A stretch of 64,000 bases of DNA from Candidatus Aenigmatarchaeota archaeon (GTDB taxonomy: Archaea; EX4484-52): contig JAGLPV010000001.1 in NCBI GenBank assembly GCA_023137195.1, positions 32,001 to 96,000 of the forward strand. The letters run 5' to 3'. Positions within the stretch are counted from its first letter, which is position 1. Each line of letters begins with the position of its first letter. The translations under genes and the position numbers were made by a program. The notes under the pieces are model-generated. The model did no database searches and was not told the DNA's origin. It worked only from the letters and a program-made list of their open reading frames with translations. Of the stretch, positions 19,522-29,916 are shown one piece after another.

Positions 19522-20160
19522 TTAATTTTTTTCCAGTACAGAATAAAATTCATCCCAGTCCAGAACAGTGTTTACGCATCCGTCTTTTAGTAAGAGAACT
19601 CCGTATGTAGGGATGTTGTGTTTTGCGCACAATTCAAGTCCTTCTTTTATTTCATATATGCACCCTACTCCAATTATTGCCTTTGGCTTGTACTTTTTGA
19701 TAAGGCGTTTTATGACCGATCCACCAGTCGCTATAAAAAAATTACATCCTGCTTTTTCTGATTTTTTCTTTGCTTCGCCCACAGGACATTGACCACAGTT
19801 GATACAGGATACAAGCCCACCAAATGATTTTGCAGGGCATTTTTCTGAACGCAGGCACTGGGGCATAAATATGCATATGTCCTTGTACGGAGTTTTCTTT
19901 ACTTTCTCTTTGTTCATTTCGTTTTGGACATGGATGTATGTCTGGTCGACAATTTTATCATCAATCCTGAAAAAACGAAATACTGCTTTTAACATGCCGT
20001 AAAACAATACTATGAGCGAAGAAAACAACCTAGGAAACAATATTTTTTTTGTTGCGATGTTGAATGCTATGATTGAAGATAAGAATGCAATAATAATAAT
20101 CGTAAGAAAGAAGACCAACACAGATAGCTTTCCCAGTATTAAAAAAATAGTTTCATACAT
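19522..20160 (-). CDS. DUF116 family protein
   Basis: PQCLRSEKCPA, CINCGQC, GVGC, LLKDGCVNT. Confidence 0.85.
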   Translation of the reverse strand: MYETIFLILGKLSVLVFFLTIIIIAFLSSIIAFNIATKKILFPRLFSSLIVLFYGMLKAVFRFFRIDDKIVDQTYIHVQNEMNKEKVKKTPYKDICIFMPQCLRSEKCPAKSFGGLVSCINCGQCPVGEAKKKSEKAGCNFFIATGGSVIKRLIKKYKPKAIIGVGCIYEIKEGLELCAKHNIPTYGVLLLKDGCVNTVLDWDEFYSVLEKN

Positions 20161-20162
20161 AT

Positions 20163-21362
20163 TTATTTATGTAAATTAATACTGATGGCTCCTATTTTAT
20201 ATGCCCCGCTGGTTTCAATAGAGATTTGATTCATTCCCATCACAAATGCAGAAACATTCAGGGGGATAGAATAAGTGTCCGGGTTTGGGTTGTTCAATTG
20301 TGTTTTAAATTTATTTAAGATTAATTTAACGGGACGCTTCATTGTTGTTTCATCTATTGTAACATTCATTTCCACTTTGTTTTTTCTCATTAATTTTATG
20401 TCGCTTTCATGCAGGTAAAAAGAATATTTCTTGTTTGAAACAGTGTCTGTATCATAGTATTTTACTGATAGATGGACATTATTTAGAATATAGCCGGAAT
20501 CTTTGTTGGTGGAAAAAATAACAATATTTTCTTTCGGCATCATCTGCGCTTCCAGGTTGGAGAAGGTTTCTTCATATTTTTCCAGGGGGAGCGGCTTTTG
20601 GCTATATATTATGTTGTTGTTGATTATTACCTGCAGAGGGCTGTTTCTCACTGCATCTTCAACAACAAAATCAAGTACACCTACATTCCAACCGTCTATT
20701 TCATAATTTTCCAAAGGGATAGGGAATGTTTTTTCTATGGTGTCTTTTTGGGCAGATATCCTGAAATTCTCAATAACATACTCTGTTTTGCCTATGATAT
20801 TTTCTGATTTACCGGCACTTATTTCTATTTCATGCGTATTTGTTAAATTCATGTATTCTATTGGTATTGAAAAACTGACCGGTCCGCCTTTTTTGGAGGA
20901 ATATGCTGTATTGTTGTTGACACTAATTGTTAAGTCACCCATAGAATGATATTTTGCATTTAAATCAAATTCAATGAAAATATCCTTGTATTTGGCGGGC
21001 GTTACGAAAGATATCTTTCTTGTTTGTTCTGAAAGTAAGTTGTTTTTGATTGTAATTTCTTCTTTTATCTCTTTTATTGTTTTTCTTTCCTGGATGTCTT
21101 CTGAAGTAAGTTTTATTCCTTCTTCGCCGCCGAGGTTAAATATCCTTCTTGCCGGCTTTACAGAGCCCAGAGTACCTACATCCCTGGAGAAAAAGACGGT
21201 TTTTTTTGATCCGAATAAGAAACTAAAAAATCCGCCATTGCTACTACTATAAGAAGCAGAAGTATCTGATGAAATTCCGCCCCCTCCATTGGACGAGGCT
21301 ATGAGTACAAAGGCACAATAAGCCAATACCATGCCCATTATTGCTTTTGAAAACAAATCCAT
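20163..21362 (-). CDS. Membrane-anchored/secreted beta-rich hypothetical protein
   Basis: N-terminal hydrophobic helix, Ser/Gly linker, beta-strand-rich body. Confidence 0.6.
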   Translation of the reverse strand: MDLFSKAIMGMVLAYCAFVLIASSNGGGGISSDTSASYSSSNGGFFSFLFGSKKTVFFSRDVGTLGSVKPARRIFNLGGEEGIKLTSEDIQERKTIKEIKEEITIKNNLLSEQTRKISFVTPAKYKDIFIEFDLNAKYHSMGDLTISVNNNTAYSSKKGGPVSFSIPIEYMNLTNTHEIEISAGKSENIIGKTEYVIENFRISAQKDTIEKTFPIPLENYEIDGWNVGVLDFVVEDAVRNSPLQVIINNNIIYSQKPLPLEKYEETFSNLEAQMMPKENIVIFSTNKDSGYILNNVHLSVKYYDTDTVSNKKYSFYLHESDIKLMRKNKVEMNVTIDETTMKRPVKLILNKFKTQLNNPNPDTYSIPLNVSAFVMGMNQISIETSGAYKIGAISINLHK

Positions 21363-21464
21363 ATTTAAGAATAGAGCGTTTAATTATTTAAATGTTGTTT
21401 AATTTTCTTCTAATTTCTTTTTATTTTAGAATTTCAGGAGGATAATTATCCGAGTTTGCAGTTT

Positions 21465-22046
21465 TTAGGATTTCTTTTCTTCTGGTTGCTCTTCTTTTTT
21501 GGTTTCTTTTGGCTTTTCTTCCTTCTTGGTTTCCGGTGTTTTTTTTGCTTTAGAATTTTTTGTTTTTTCAACAGGAGTAGTTGTTTCTTTTATCTCTTCT
21601 TTTTTGCCGGTTTTTTCATCTTTTGGTTCTGCTGCCGGTGCTTCTTTGGTTTCCTCTTTTTTCTGTTCTTCTTCCTGTTTTTGGGCTTCTTTTTTCTGTT
21701 CTTCCTTCTTTAATTTTGTTTTATCTTCCCTTTGTTTTACCTGCCCTTCAATATCTATGTTTGTGAGATTTGCAATTACAACTTTTTCTTTTTTATACAT
21801 CTGAATTTTAATGGTTCTTGGTGGGTTTTTTATCCCGTGTTTCCATATAAATTCATTTAGTTCTACGCCGATTTTTATGTTCTTTACATCTGCTTTTGCA
21901 TGTCTTGAGGCGTATTTTCTTATAAGTGCGATGCTTTTTTTTGCCCTTATTGTGTATTTTCCTTTGTTGTAGGCATCTTTGAGTGGAACGATTGCTGTTT
22001 TAATCTGCTGTTTGCTTGTTGCTTTTTCCTGTTTCATGTTAATCAT
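21465..22046 (-). CDS. rpl31e: 50S ribosomal protein eL31 with long K/E tail
   Basis: IVPLK..RAKKSI..IRKY, LNEFIWKHGIKNPPRTIKI. Confidence 0.88.
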   Translation of the reverse strand: MINMKQEKATSKQQIKTAIVPLKDAYNKGKYTIRAKKSIALIRKYASRHAKADVKNIKIGVELNEFIWKHGIKNPPRTIKIQMYKKEKVVIANLTNIDIEGQVKQREDKTKLKKEEQKKEAQKQEEEQKKEETKEAPAAEPKDEKTGKKEEIKETTTPVEKTKNSKAKKTPETKKEEKPKETKKEEQPEEKKS

Positions 22047-22216
22047 ATTTTTAATTTAGAACTACGTCTCCAGTGTCTGCTCCTGAATCGTTTAAGACTT
22101 CTGAACCTTGCTTTTTGCAGACCATAAACTTTTATGTCAATCCATCGTGGTGACGGATCTGCTTTTCTGTGAGCCACTGCCAATTTTATTTTCCTTCCAA
22201 GTGTTTTTTTACCCAT
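22043..22216 (-). CDS. rpl39e: 50S ribosomal protein eL39 (not in ORF track)
   Basis: MGKKTLGRKIKLAVAHRKADPSPRWIDIKVYG...RSRHWRRSSKLKI; ATGA overlap with rpl31e. Confidence 0.88.
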   Translation of the reverse strand: MGKKTLGRKIKLAVAHRKADPSPRWIDIKVYGLQKARFRSLKRFRSRHWRRSSKLKI

Positions 22217-22293
22217 ATTGCGTTAAGTTTACTGTTTTCTTTACTTTATATACAATAGAATAAAATAAAAGCTTTAAATAGTTAAAACAAGTT

Positions 22294-24642
22294 TTATCCA
22301 TAATTTGTTAAATTTTCTGCCTGTAGGTTTTTTGTTTTGTTCACTGTTTTTTCAAATGATTTTATCTCTTCAGGACTGATTGAAGGCTTGAATGTTTCCA
22401 GGGTTTTCAAGAAATCATCGTGAGTGACTATTTTTGCCTTCTCATCCTTTCTCAATACACCAAGGGACGTTTCCCTGCATAAGTTTTCAATATCTGCTCC
22501 GACAAAGTTTTTTGTTTTTTCAACTAACTCGTCAAGATTTACGTTATTGTCCAATGGCATTTTTTTGGTGTTTAGTTCAAATATTTTTTTTCTTGATTTA
22601 TCGTCAGGTAGAGGGACATAGATGTGCCTGTCGAATCTCCCGTTTCTTATGAATGCAGTATCTACTAAGTCAGGACGGTTTGTTGCTGCAATCAATACAA
22701 CTCCTTTCAGACCTTCAATACCATCTATTTCTGTCAAAAATTGTGTTATTATGCTTTCTGTTGGTTCAGAGCCCATTCCTCTTTTCTTGAAGATGGCGTC
22801 AATTTCATCTATAAATATTATGCATGGAGATACCTGTCTTGCTTTCTTGAATATGTCCTTTATGTATTTTTCGCTCTCTCCCAGCCATTTGCTCAATATA
22901 TCGCTTGCTTTGATTGAGATAAAATTGCTTTGGGCCTCGTGCGCAATTGCCTTTACAAGAAGCGTTTTTCCAACTCCCGGAACGCCATACAACAATATGC
23001 CCTGTGGTGGACGGATGCCCATTTTCTTAAACAGGTGAGGGCGTTTAATCGGCCATTCAATAACTTCCTTTAATTTTTGTTTTATGTCATCGAGTCCGCC
23101 AATGTCGTCCCAAGTAGTTTTCGGTATGTCAATCATGACTTCTCTCATAGCAGATGGTTCAATGACATGTATTGCTTTCTTAAAATCTGATTTAGAAATA
23201 GACATTTTTTCCAGTTCGTCTTTAGTCAATTCATCTTCCTTTAAATCAAGTTCAGGAAGTGTTCTTTTAAGACATACCAGGGCCGCTTCTTTACATAATC
23301 CTTCTAAATCAGCGCCGGAATATCCGCATGTTTCATTTGCTATTATTTTCGGGTCAACATCCTTTTCAATAGGCATGAACCTTGTGTGTATCTGGAGTAT
23401 TTCTTCTCTTGCTTTTGTGTTAGGCGGGCTTATTTCTATTTCCCTGTCAAACCTTCCCGGGCGCCTTAAAGCATTGTCTATTGCATTAGGACGGTTTGTG
23501 GCTGCAAGTACTATTACCTGTTTCCTGGCAGTAAGTCCATCCATGCATGCTAAAATCTGTGCAACTACCTTTCTGTCAACCACCTCGGAATAAATGTCAT
23601 CTCTTTTTGGAGCAATGGCATCAATCTCATCTATAAATATAATACAAGGCGCATTATCCTGGGCTTCTTTAAATAGTTGTCTTATCTTTTTTTCACTGTC
23701 TCCCACCCATTTGCTCATTATTTCAGAGCCATTAACTGCTTTAAAACTCGCCCTGCTCTCATTTGCGATAGCTTTTGCAATCAAGGTCTTTCCACAGCCG
23801 GGAGGACCATAGAGTAGAATTCCTTTTGGGGGAGAGATTCCCAGTTTGGAAAAGATTTCCGGGTGGTTCAAAGGGATATCTATGATTTCCCTTATTTTTT
23901 TTAATTCTTCTTTCAGACCACCTACATCCTCGTAACTGTAAACTTCCAGTCCATATTTTTTTAGTCCCTTGTTGCTTATCTCAACAATCGTGTTTTTTGT
24001 AATCTTTAAAAATTCTGATTCCGGTTTTGTTTCTGTTACTTGGAAAACCATATTCTGAAAACTTACGGACAATGCTTCGGCAACATCGAGCCCGGCAGTT
24101 TCTTCTACAGCATCAACTAATTCCTGTTGTTTTGGGCTTATTGGAGAAATCAAATCTTTCTTTGTGACTATCCTTCCGAAAAAAAGAGAATATGCATCTT
24201 TTTTTGAAACATCCAAAACTACACTTTTATTGAGTGGCTTTAATTTAATAACTTTTGCTTCAGGAACTTCTTTAAGCGGTTTTAAAACCACTTTATCTCC
24301 CACAGTAATTCCCAGGTTTTTCCTGGTAATCCCGTCAATCCGGATAATATCTAAGTTCAGATCAGAAGGATATGCCCTTACAGCAAGAACTGCACTTTTT
24401 TTTCGTCCATTTAGTTCTATTGCGTCTCCTTCACGTATACCTAAGGTAGACATATATTTATAATCAATTCTTCCGATGCCGATACCAATCTCGCTTTGTG
24501 CAAAAGAAGGAATCTCACCAACGGTGAGTACGCATTCACTCAATCTTTTTGCGACTTTTTTTTCTGTATCTGTAGAATGATTAGCAGTAGTGGGCGTGAT
24601 AGCATTATTTTGACCAGATGTATTTTCGACAGGATTGTCCAT
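22294..24642 (-). CDS. cdc48: CDC48/VCP AAA+ ATPase
   Basis: N-domain plus two AAA modules ([29 protein letters not shown]). Confidence 0.95.
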   Translation of the reverse strand: MDNPVENTSGQNNAITPTTANHSTDTEKKVAKRLSECVLTVGEIPSFAQSEIGIGIGRIDYKYMSTLGIREGDAIELNGRKKSAVLAVRAYPSDLNLDIIRIDGITRKNLGITVGDKVVLKPLKEVPEAKVIKLKPLNKSVVLDVSKKDAYSLFFGRIVTKKDLISPISPKQQELVDAVEETAGLDVAEALSVSFQNMVFQVTETKPESEFLKITKNTIVEISNKGLKKYGLEVYSYEDVGGLKEELKKIREIIDIPLNHPEIFSKLGISPPKGILLYGPPGCGKTLIAKAIANESRASFKAVNGSEIMSKWVGDSEKKIRQLFKEAQDNAPCIIFIDEIDAIAPKRDDIYSEVVDRKVVAQILACMDGLTARKQVIVLAATNRPNAIDNALRRPGRFDREIEISPPNTKAREEILQIHTRFMPIEKDVDPKIIANETCGYSGADLEGLCKEAALVCLKRTLPELDLKEDELTKDELEKMSISKSDFKKAIHVIEPSAMREVMIDIPKTTWDDIGGLDDIKQKLKEVIEWPIKRPHLFKKMGIRPPQGILLYGVPGVGKTLLVKAIAHEAQSNFISIKASDILSKWLGESEKYIKDIFKKARQVSPCIIFIDEIDAIFKKRGMGSEPTESIITQFLTEIDGIEGLKGVVLIAATNRPDLVDTAFIRNGRFDRHIYVPLPDDKSRKKIFELNTKKMPLDNNVNLDELVEKTKNFVGADIENLCRETSLGVLRKDEKAKIVTHDDFLKTLETFKPSISPEEIKSFEKTVNKTKNLQAENLTNYG

Positions 24643-24691
24643 ATTATAAGAATATACAGCAGAGATTTTATAAATTTTTAGGAAATCTGGT

Positions 24692-26005
24692 TTATTTAAT
24701 CTCAATCATCCCGCCATTTGCCATTATATGAAACGTTTTGCCCAAAACATAGCCTTCTTCGCTTGCAAGGGAGGCAAAACTTGCCAGTTTCTCCATGTTG
24801 CCGTGACTAGGTATTATGTTTTTTGGTTTAAGCAGTCTTATCATATCTCTATGGTCTTCTCTTTTTGCATGTCCTGAAACATGGACATTGTTTATTACAC
24901 GGGCTCCTTTTTTCCTGAGCAATATTTCCATATTATGCTTGTTTGCCTTATTTATCGGGCTGGGAATAGTGAAAGAAGAAAAGATTACTTCATCTTCTTT
25001 TTGGAATTTGTAGTCCAAATCATCTTTTGCCATGGAAGCCAGCACAGAGTTTGGTTCTCCCTGGTTTCCTGTAACAACCATAAGATATTTTTCCGGGTTC
25101 TGCGCAACTTTTTGCAGGACAGATCCGCTTTGATTTTTACTGGAACAAATTATAACTTCGCTCAAATCAATTAAATTCAACTTTGCCGCGGCTTTCATGT
25201 AAGTGGACATAGATCTTCCTATGCATATTATCTTTCGCCTGCCTTCATTTGCTTTAATGATGTTTCTCATCCGGGCAATGTGCGATGCGAATGTTGTTAT
25301 TACAACAGCTTTTCCAGACTGGTATGCGCGGTTTAGGGCATCATGCACCATAATCTGTGCGATGTATTCTGATGCTGTTCTTTCAGACTCTTCAATTCTT
25401 ACACTTTCTTCGATATGCACTTTTATGCCCATCTTGGCAAGCTGTTCCATCCTTGCGTAGTCTGGTTTCTTGCCCATTGTCGGGGTGTTGTCGAGTTTAT
25501 AATCATTCAGGTAAGTTACGATTCCCTCTTTTGTGTGGATAGCAATAAGTGTTGCCTGTGGGATACTGTGGGTTATGTGCACAAGTTCGATTTTTATATC
25601 CTGTGTTGCCTTAAGAATAGACCCGGTATTTAGGGGCATCAAATTGCCGAGCAATGATCTTTTTTTCTTGTCCTTTACTATGTGCTTGATTATTTCGATA
25701 GTGTAGGGAGTCCCTATTATAGGACACTTGTATCTTTCTGCCAATACGGGGATTGCTCCTATGTGGTCCAGATGTGCGTGAGATGCTACTATGGCCACAA
25801 CTTTTTTGTTGTGGAGAATAGAATCATCCGGGACTGCGCCTTCCTTGATTAAAACATCATCGGGCACGTCATTCGTCTCTTCCTGTAGAGGAATTATTTT
25901 TTCCATGAAAAAGCCCATATCGCATATTACGACTTCTCCATTCACTTCAATAGCGGTCATGTTTTTGCCTACTTCATTATATCCGCCTATAGAATAAATT
26001 TTCAT
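24692..26005 (-). CDS. rnj: Ribonuclease J (beta-CASP)
   Basis: GGYNEVGKNM, HAHLDHIG, HVSGH, IPSHG. Confidence 0.92.
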   Translation of the reverse strand: MKIYSIGGYNEVGKNMTAIEVNGEVVICDMGFFMEKIIPLQEETNDVPDDVLIKEGAVPDDSILHNKKVVAIVASHAHLDHIGAIPVLAERYKCPIIGTPYTIEIIKHIVKDKKKRSLLGNLMPLNTGSILKATQDIKIELVHITHSIPQATLIAIHTKEGIVTYLNDYKLDNTPTMGKKPDYARMEQLAKMGIKVHIEESVRIEESERTASEYIAQIMVHDALNRAYQSGKAVVITTFASHIARMRNIIKANEGRRKIICIGRSMSTYMKAAAKLNLIDLSEVIICSSKNQSGSVLQKVAQNPEKYLMVVTGNQGEPNSVLASMAKDDLDYKFQKEDEVIFSSFTIPSPINKANKHNMEILLRKKGARVINNVHVSGHAKREDHRDMIRLLKPKNIIPSHGNMEKLASFASLASEEGYVLGKTFHIMANGGMIEIK

Positions 26006-26113
26006 ATTATCACAATTATATTATTTTATATTATTTAAAAGAATATTAGAAAAATTAATTATTAAACTAATATTTTTTTTCTTTATTTCGTCTATTTTCA
26101 TTTTATATTAAAA

Positions 26114-26159
26114 AAACAATATTTATTGCGCATCTATTAAAAATAAAATACGCAATAAA
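26114..26159 (-). terminator. Hairpin plus T-tract downstream of rpl12
   Basis: TTTATTGCG/CGCAATAAA inverted repeat followed by a T-run on the minus strand. Confidence 0.4.
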
Positions 26160-26165
26160 AAAGAT

Positions 26166-26489
26166 TTATCCAAACAATGCTCCCAGTCCTGCAGCTGCTT
26201 CTTCCTCTTTCTTTGCTTCTTCTGCTGCAGATGGTTTTTCTTCCTTTTTTTCTGATCCTGCCTTTTCTGCCGGTGCTGCCGCTGCTACGGGTGCCGCTGC
26301 TACTGCAACGCTTTTGTTCATTGCTTCTTCTATATCAACATCTTTTAATGCTGCTGTAAGTGCTTTTATTCGTGCTTCATCTGGTTTTACACCAACACTT
26401 GTCAATATCTTTTTTATATTTTCTTCATTTATATCTTTTCCTACTTTGTGCAAAATCATTGCGCTGTAAATATATTCCATTTTTTTCAC
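26166..26489 (-). CDS. rpl12: Ribosomal stalk protein P1/L12
   Basis: [11 protein letters not shown], Ala-rich hinge, [13 protein letters not shown]. Confidence 0.95.
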   Translation of the reverse strand: MKKMEYIYSAMILHKVGKDINEENIKKILTSVGVKPDEARIKALTAALKDVDIEEAMNKSVAVAAAPVAAAAPAEKAGSEKKEEKPSAAEEAKKEEEAAAGLGALFG

Positions 26490-26497
26490 CTATTTAT

Positions 26498-27043
26498 TTA
26501 TAGTTTATTATCCTTTATTTTTTTTGCTAGATTCTCTGTTGCTCTTTCTATTTCACTTTCGCTTCTGGCGCCTGTACATACGATTCTGCCTGAATTGAAG
26601 AGAAGAAAGACCACGTGAGGATCATTTAATCTTAATATTAGCCCTGGGAATGATTCCGGTTCGTATTCGCATCCGTCTAATGCAAATGCGATTTTGTCCA
26701 GTACTAATGTCCGGTTTAATGTGCCTGATGCAACCATGTTTACGATTTCTTCGTCCGGTTCCTGATCAATTGTTATACCTTGATTTCTTAATATGTCCAT
26801 CAGGAATCTTGTCGCTTCCTGCGCTAGTTTAAATGATTTTGTTCCTGAGCATATTATCTTTCCTGTTGAAAAGATTAGATAATTTGCTTTTGGGTCCTTT
26901 GTCCTGTAAACAAGTCCGGGAAATACTTCCGGCTCATATTCTGCATCGTCCAGATTGTTTGCGAGTTTCTCTAAAGGAACTTCGCAGTGCAAATCTGTCG
27001 ACACGACAACATTATGTACTTTTAAATCATATTCTCCTGCCAT
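26498..27043 (-). CDS. tbp: TATA-box binding protein
   Basis: Two repeats of YEPE.FPGL...LIFSTGK.IC.G. Confidence 0.96.
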   Translation of the reverse strand: MAGEYDLKVHNVVVSTDLHCEVPLEKLANNLDDAEYEPEVFPGLVYRTKDPKANYLIFSTGKIICSGTKSFKLAQEATRFLMDILRNQGITIDQEPDEEIVNMVASGTLNRTLVLDKIAFALDGCEYEPESFPGLILRLNDPHVVFLLFNSGRIVCTGARSESEIERATENLAKKIKDNKL

Positions 27044-27140
27044 AATATTAGTTAGTTTAAAAGGAAGGTTTAAAAAGGTTTAGTCATTTTTCTCCGTTTT
27101 AGGGTTACGTAGCTCTAAACGGCATTTTATTTTCTATAGA

Positions 27141-27836
27141 TTATTTGCTAAGATAATGTTTTCGTTTCGTTTCGTCGAATTTTTCTATTGAATACCTTAG
27201 CATTGTCCTCGGCATTGTTTTGTGATGTTTTTCAAGGAAGTTCTCTTCTTCGTTTTGGTTTCTTTTGCCGATTTCCCTGAGCATCCAGCCGACTGCTTTG
27301 TGTATTAGGTCGTGGTCGTCATTTAGAAGTAGTTTGGATATTTTTAACGCATCATTGAATTTGTTGTTTTTTATGAAATGAAATGTCGACATTATTGATA
27401 TTCTTCTTTCCCACAGGTTTTCTGATTTTGCCATTTGGTATAAAATAGACTTGTCTTTTTCGAGCAGATAAGTTCCCAAAATATGCTCTGCAGATGAGTC
27501 GACCAGATCCCAGTTGTTTATGTTTTTTGTATTGGTTAAGTAAAAATCAAATATTTCTTTTTTTTCCTGTTCATCTGCTTTTCTGTATTTTAGGATCAGT
27601 ATGAATAAGGCGGTTAATCTCTCTTCATGTATCTTGCTCCAAAGTAGTTTTTGTATGTTTTCTATTGATAAATTAGGATATTTTTTTGCTATTTTTCTCT
27701 GGTCCGGGACTGAGACGCCCAAAAATATATCGCCCTCTCCATATTGTCCTTTTCCTGTCTTAAAAAAACCCCGCATGATTTCTGCTTTTTGCGGGTTTTT
27801 TAGGTTTAGTAGATTCTTTTTTAGTTGGGTTAGCAT
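27141..27836 (-). CDS. DNA alkylation repair protein (AlkD-like)
   Basis: FFKTGKGQYGEGD.FLG, INNWDLVD, LWERR, HKAVGWMLRE. Confidence 0.9.
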   Translation of the reverse strand: MLTQLKKNLLNLKNPQKAEIMRGFFKTGKGQYGEGDIFLGVSVPDQRKIAKKYPNLSIENIQKLLWSKIHEERLTALFILILKYRKADEQEKKEIFDFYLTNTKNINNWDLVDSSAEHILGTYLLEKDKSILYQMAKSENLWERRISIMSTFHFIKNNKFNDALKISKLLLNDDHDLIHKAVGWMLREIGKRNQNEEENFLEKHHKTMPRTMLRYSIEKFDETKRKHYLSK

Positions 27837-27880
27837 GAAGGTATATGAGTTTTAGAAAATATAAGTGTGATGTTTTTACT

Positions 27881-28927
27881 TTAATAGCCTTCTTTGAACT
27901 CTACGTCAAATTCTTCTAAAATGATTCCGTTTTCATTGACTGCTTCTCCTATAATAGAAGCTTTGATTCCCTGTTTTTTTAGCACATCAATAATTTTATC
28001 GGCTTCTTTTGCGATAATCACGAAGCCAACGCCCATGTTGAAAGTTCTGAACATTTCTTTGTTGTCGACATTGCCTTTTTCCTGCATTGTTTTAAATATG
28101 GGTGGTATCTCTACCCACTTGTCTATTTTGTATCCGATTTTGTCATTTAACCGGGCAATGTTTAATATTCCGCCGCCTGTGATGTTTGCCAGCCCGGTAA
28201 TGTCATTAAAGCATTTGTCCAACACATCCAGGACGGGCTTTACATATATTGTTGTGGGGGTTAATATTTGCGGGGCGTATTTTTCAATATCTTCTTTGTT
28301 GCCGAGCAATACTTTTCTTGCCAGGGTTATGCCGTTTGTGTGGATGCCTGAACTTGCCAGTCCGATTATTTTATCTCCTGCCTTTATTTTATCTCCAAGA
28401 ACGACTTTGTCTTTATCTACAGTTCCCAGGACTGCACCGGCTAAATCAAAACCTTTGTCGTCAATCCCGTTTATCACTTCTTTTAATGTTGCGGTCTCCC
28501 CGCCGACAATTGCAATTTCTGCCTGCCTTGCTCCTTCGCATAATCCTTTGCCGAGTTCTAATGCCTGTTTTTGTGAATTTTTCCCGTCTGTTTTTGTCAT
28601 TGCGAGGTAATCTACTAAGCTTATGGGTTCTGCGCCGAGGCATATTACGTCATTTACGCACATTGCAATCATGTCTATGCCGACTGTGTCGTATTTGTCA
28701 ATGAGTTGTGCTACAAGCACTTTTGAGCCCACTCCGTCTGTTGAAAGGACGAGGTACTTGTCGCCGAATTCTATTAAATTTGCAAAGTGTCCTATTTTTG
28801 ACTTTACTGCTCCTACTTTGTTGTTTCGGAATTCCAGGGTTTTGCTGACTGCTGATACAAGGGATTTAATTGTGTCGGCTTCTTCATTAAAATTGACTCC
28901 TGCTTTTGCGTATGTCATTTGTTCCAT
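27881..28927 (-). CDS. purM: AIR synthetase
   Basis: TYAKAGV, STDGVGSK, VGGETA, SSGIHTNG, FNMGVG. Confidence 0.95.
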   Translation of the reverse strand: MEQMTYAKAGVNFNEEADTIKSLVSAVSKTLEFRNNKVGAVKSKIGHFANLIEFGDKYLVLSTDGVGSKVLVAQLIDKYDTVGIDMIAMCVNDVICLGAEPISLVDYLAMTKTDGKNSQKQALELGKGLCEGARQAEIAIVGGETATLKEVINGIDDKGFDLAGAVLGTVDKDKVVLGDKIKAGDKIIGLASSGIHTNGITLARKVLLGNKEDIEKYAPQILTPTTIYVKPVLDVLDKCFNDITGLANITGGGILNIARLNDKIGYKIDKWVEIPPIFKTMQEKGNVDNKEMFRTFNMGVGFVIIAKEADKIIDVLKKQGIKASIIGEAVNENGIILEEFDVEFKEGY

Positions 28928-28981
28928 AACATTAATCTATTTAGATGGTTTTTTATTTTTATCTAATAATTGATTATAATT

Positions 28982-29010
28982 CAATTAGTCCGACAGTATC
29001 TCACTAATTG
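28982..29010. repeat. Imperfect palindrome cassette (DUF1016/YhcG-like variable segment)
   Basis: CAATTAGT-13 nt-ACTAATTG; minus strand reads P-I-S-E-I-L-S-D-*-L. Confidence 0.55.
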
Positions 29011-29040
29011 GTTTTTTTGTCCTTCAAATCCTTCGGGAAT

Positions 29041-29127
29041 TTCAACTAAAAAGGAGGGTGGCATTTTGCCCCCATCCTTCTGCAAAGCTCTTATCTCTTT
29101 ACCGGTGGTTTTTTAAATATCTTTCGG
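29041..29127 (-). repeat. Non-coding copy of the BRO-N palindromic segment (copy A)
   Basis: TTTGCAGAAGGATGGGGGCAAAATGCCACCCTCCTT vs gene TTTGCAGAAGGATGGGGGCAAATTGCCACCCCCCTT; homology extends to the PK.YLK helix. Confidence 0.85.
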
Positions 29128-29540
29128 CTACCAACGCCTCGGAAAATTTGCCGCTGGCAACTGCTTTGATGAAATTAAGCTCCATGTTAACAAAATCCAT
29201 CTCTGTCTTGTCTTCGGCTTCTACATGCTTTCTTAATTCTTCCTTGCTGGATGTCCCCTCATCTGCAGATAATTTGAAATATTCCGGCACGCTGGTCTCC
29301 AGACGCCACAATACTATCTTTTTGATTTCCTCGTCAAGTTTTTTATCATTTGTCATATTATCCCCGTTCTCCAGCATTTTTATGATTTTTTCGCCAAGTT
29401 CAGAATTGTTTTTTACTTCAATCATTGCCGCATTCCATGCGTATGGTTCATCATCAATCACCACAATCACATCCTCTTTGCGGATTTTTTCAAGAAGGTT
29501 AGCATATATTCTCATGAACTTTGCTTTTTTTGTCTTCCAT
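29099..29540 (-). pseudogene. Small hypothetical gene(s), probably frameshifted or fused
   Basis: ATG at 29540 (MEDKK) is out of frame with MRIYANL by one base in an A7 run; internal MTNDKK looks like a second gene start. Confidence 0.4.
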
Positions 29541-29600
29541 GTATGATTTATACGTGCAGAATATTTAACTGTTTAACGCGCGCGCTATTTGAAAAATCAT

Positions 29601-29670
29601 TTATTTTCTTTCTCTAATTTTTTTCGTATTTTCCTTTAAATCCAGATAATTATCCGGTGAAACTATATTT
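29601..29670 (-). repeat. Duplicate of the BRO gene 3' end
   Basis: IVSPDNYLDLKENTKK vs IVSQDNYLDLKENRKK at ~30820-30885. Confidence 0.8.
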
Positions 29671-29687
29671 TTCCTATTTTGTGTCTT

Positions 29688-29747
29688 CAGTTTCAACCGT
29701 CGACAAATTGTCGATAACTCAATTTCGCTTGGTTCTGATTCTCTTTT
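29688..29747 (-). repeat. BRO-N-type palindromic cassette (ELSTICRRLKL variant)
   Basis: TCGACAA-A-TTGTCGA palindrome; minus strand reads KRESEPSEIELSTICRRLKLK. Confidence 0.7.
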
Positions 29748-29765
29748 TTCACAATATGCCAACGA

Positions 29766-29819
29766 TTTTAGTTGTACGATTTTATCGTACGGTTCAAATC
29801 CTTCTTCTTTGAGTTTTAT
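29766..29819 (-). repeat. BRO-N-type palindromic cassette (PYDKIVQLK variant)
   Basis: GTACGAT-TTT-ATCGTAC palindrome; minus strand reads KLKEEGFEPYDKIVQLK. Confidence 0.7.
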
Positions 29820-29916
29820 TTATTGTGGGGTTTAATGCCCTGTTGCTTGTGGTGGAATGTTATATTTTGTCTGAATTGATACTCTGAAGCTCTGTTTAGG
29901 GTTATTTATTGAGAAT

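Noticed and set aside
26166-26240. Near-identical C-termini of P1 and P0 (61307-61390)
   Set aside because: A shared [12 protein letters not shown] tail is a normal feature of archaeal stalk proteins.
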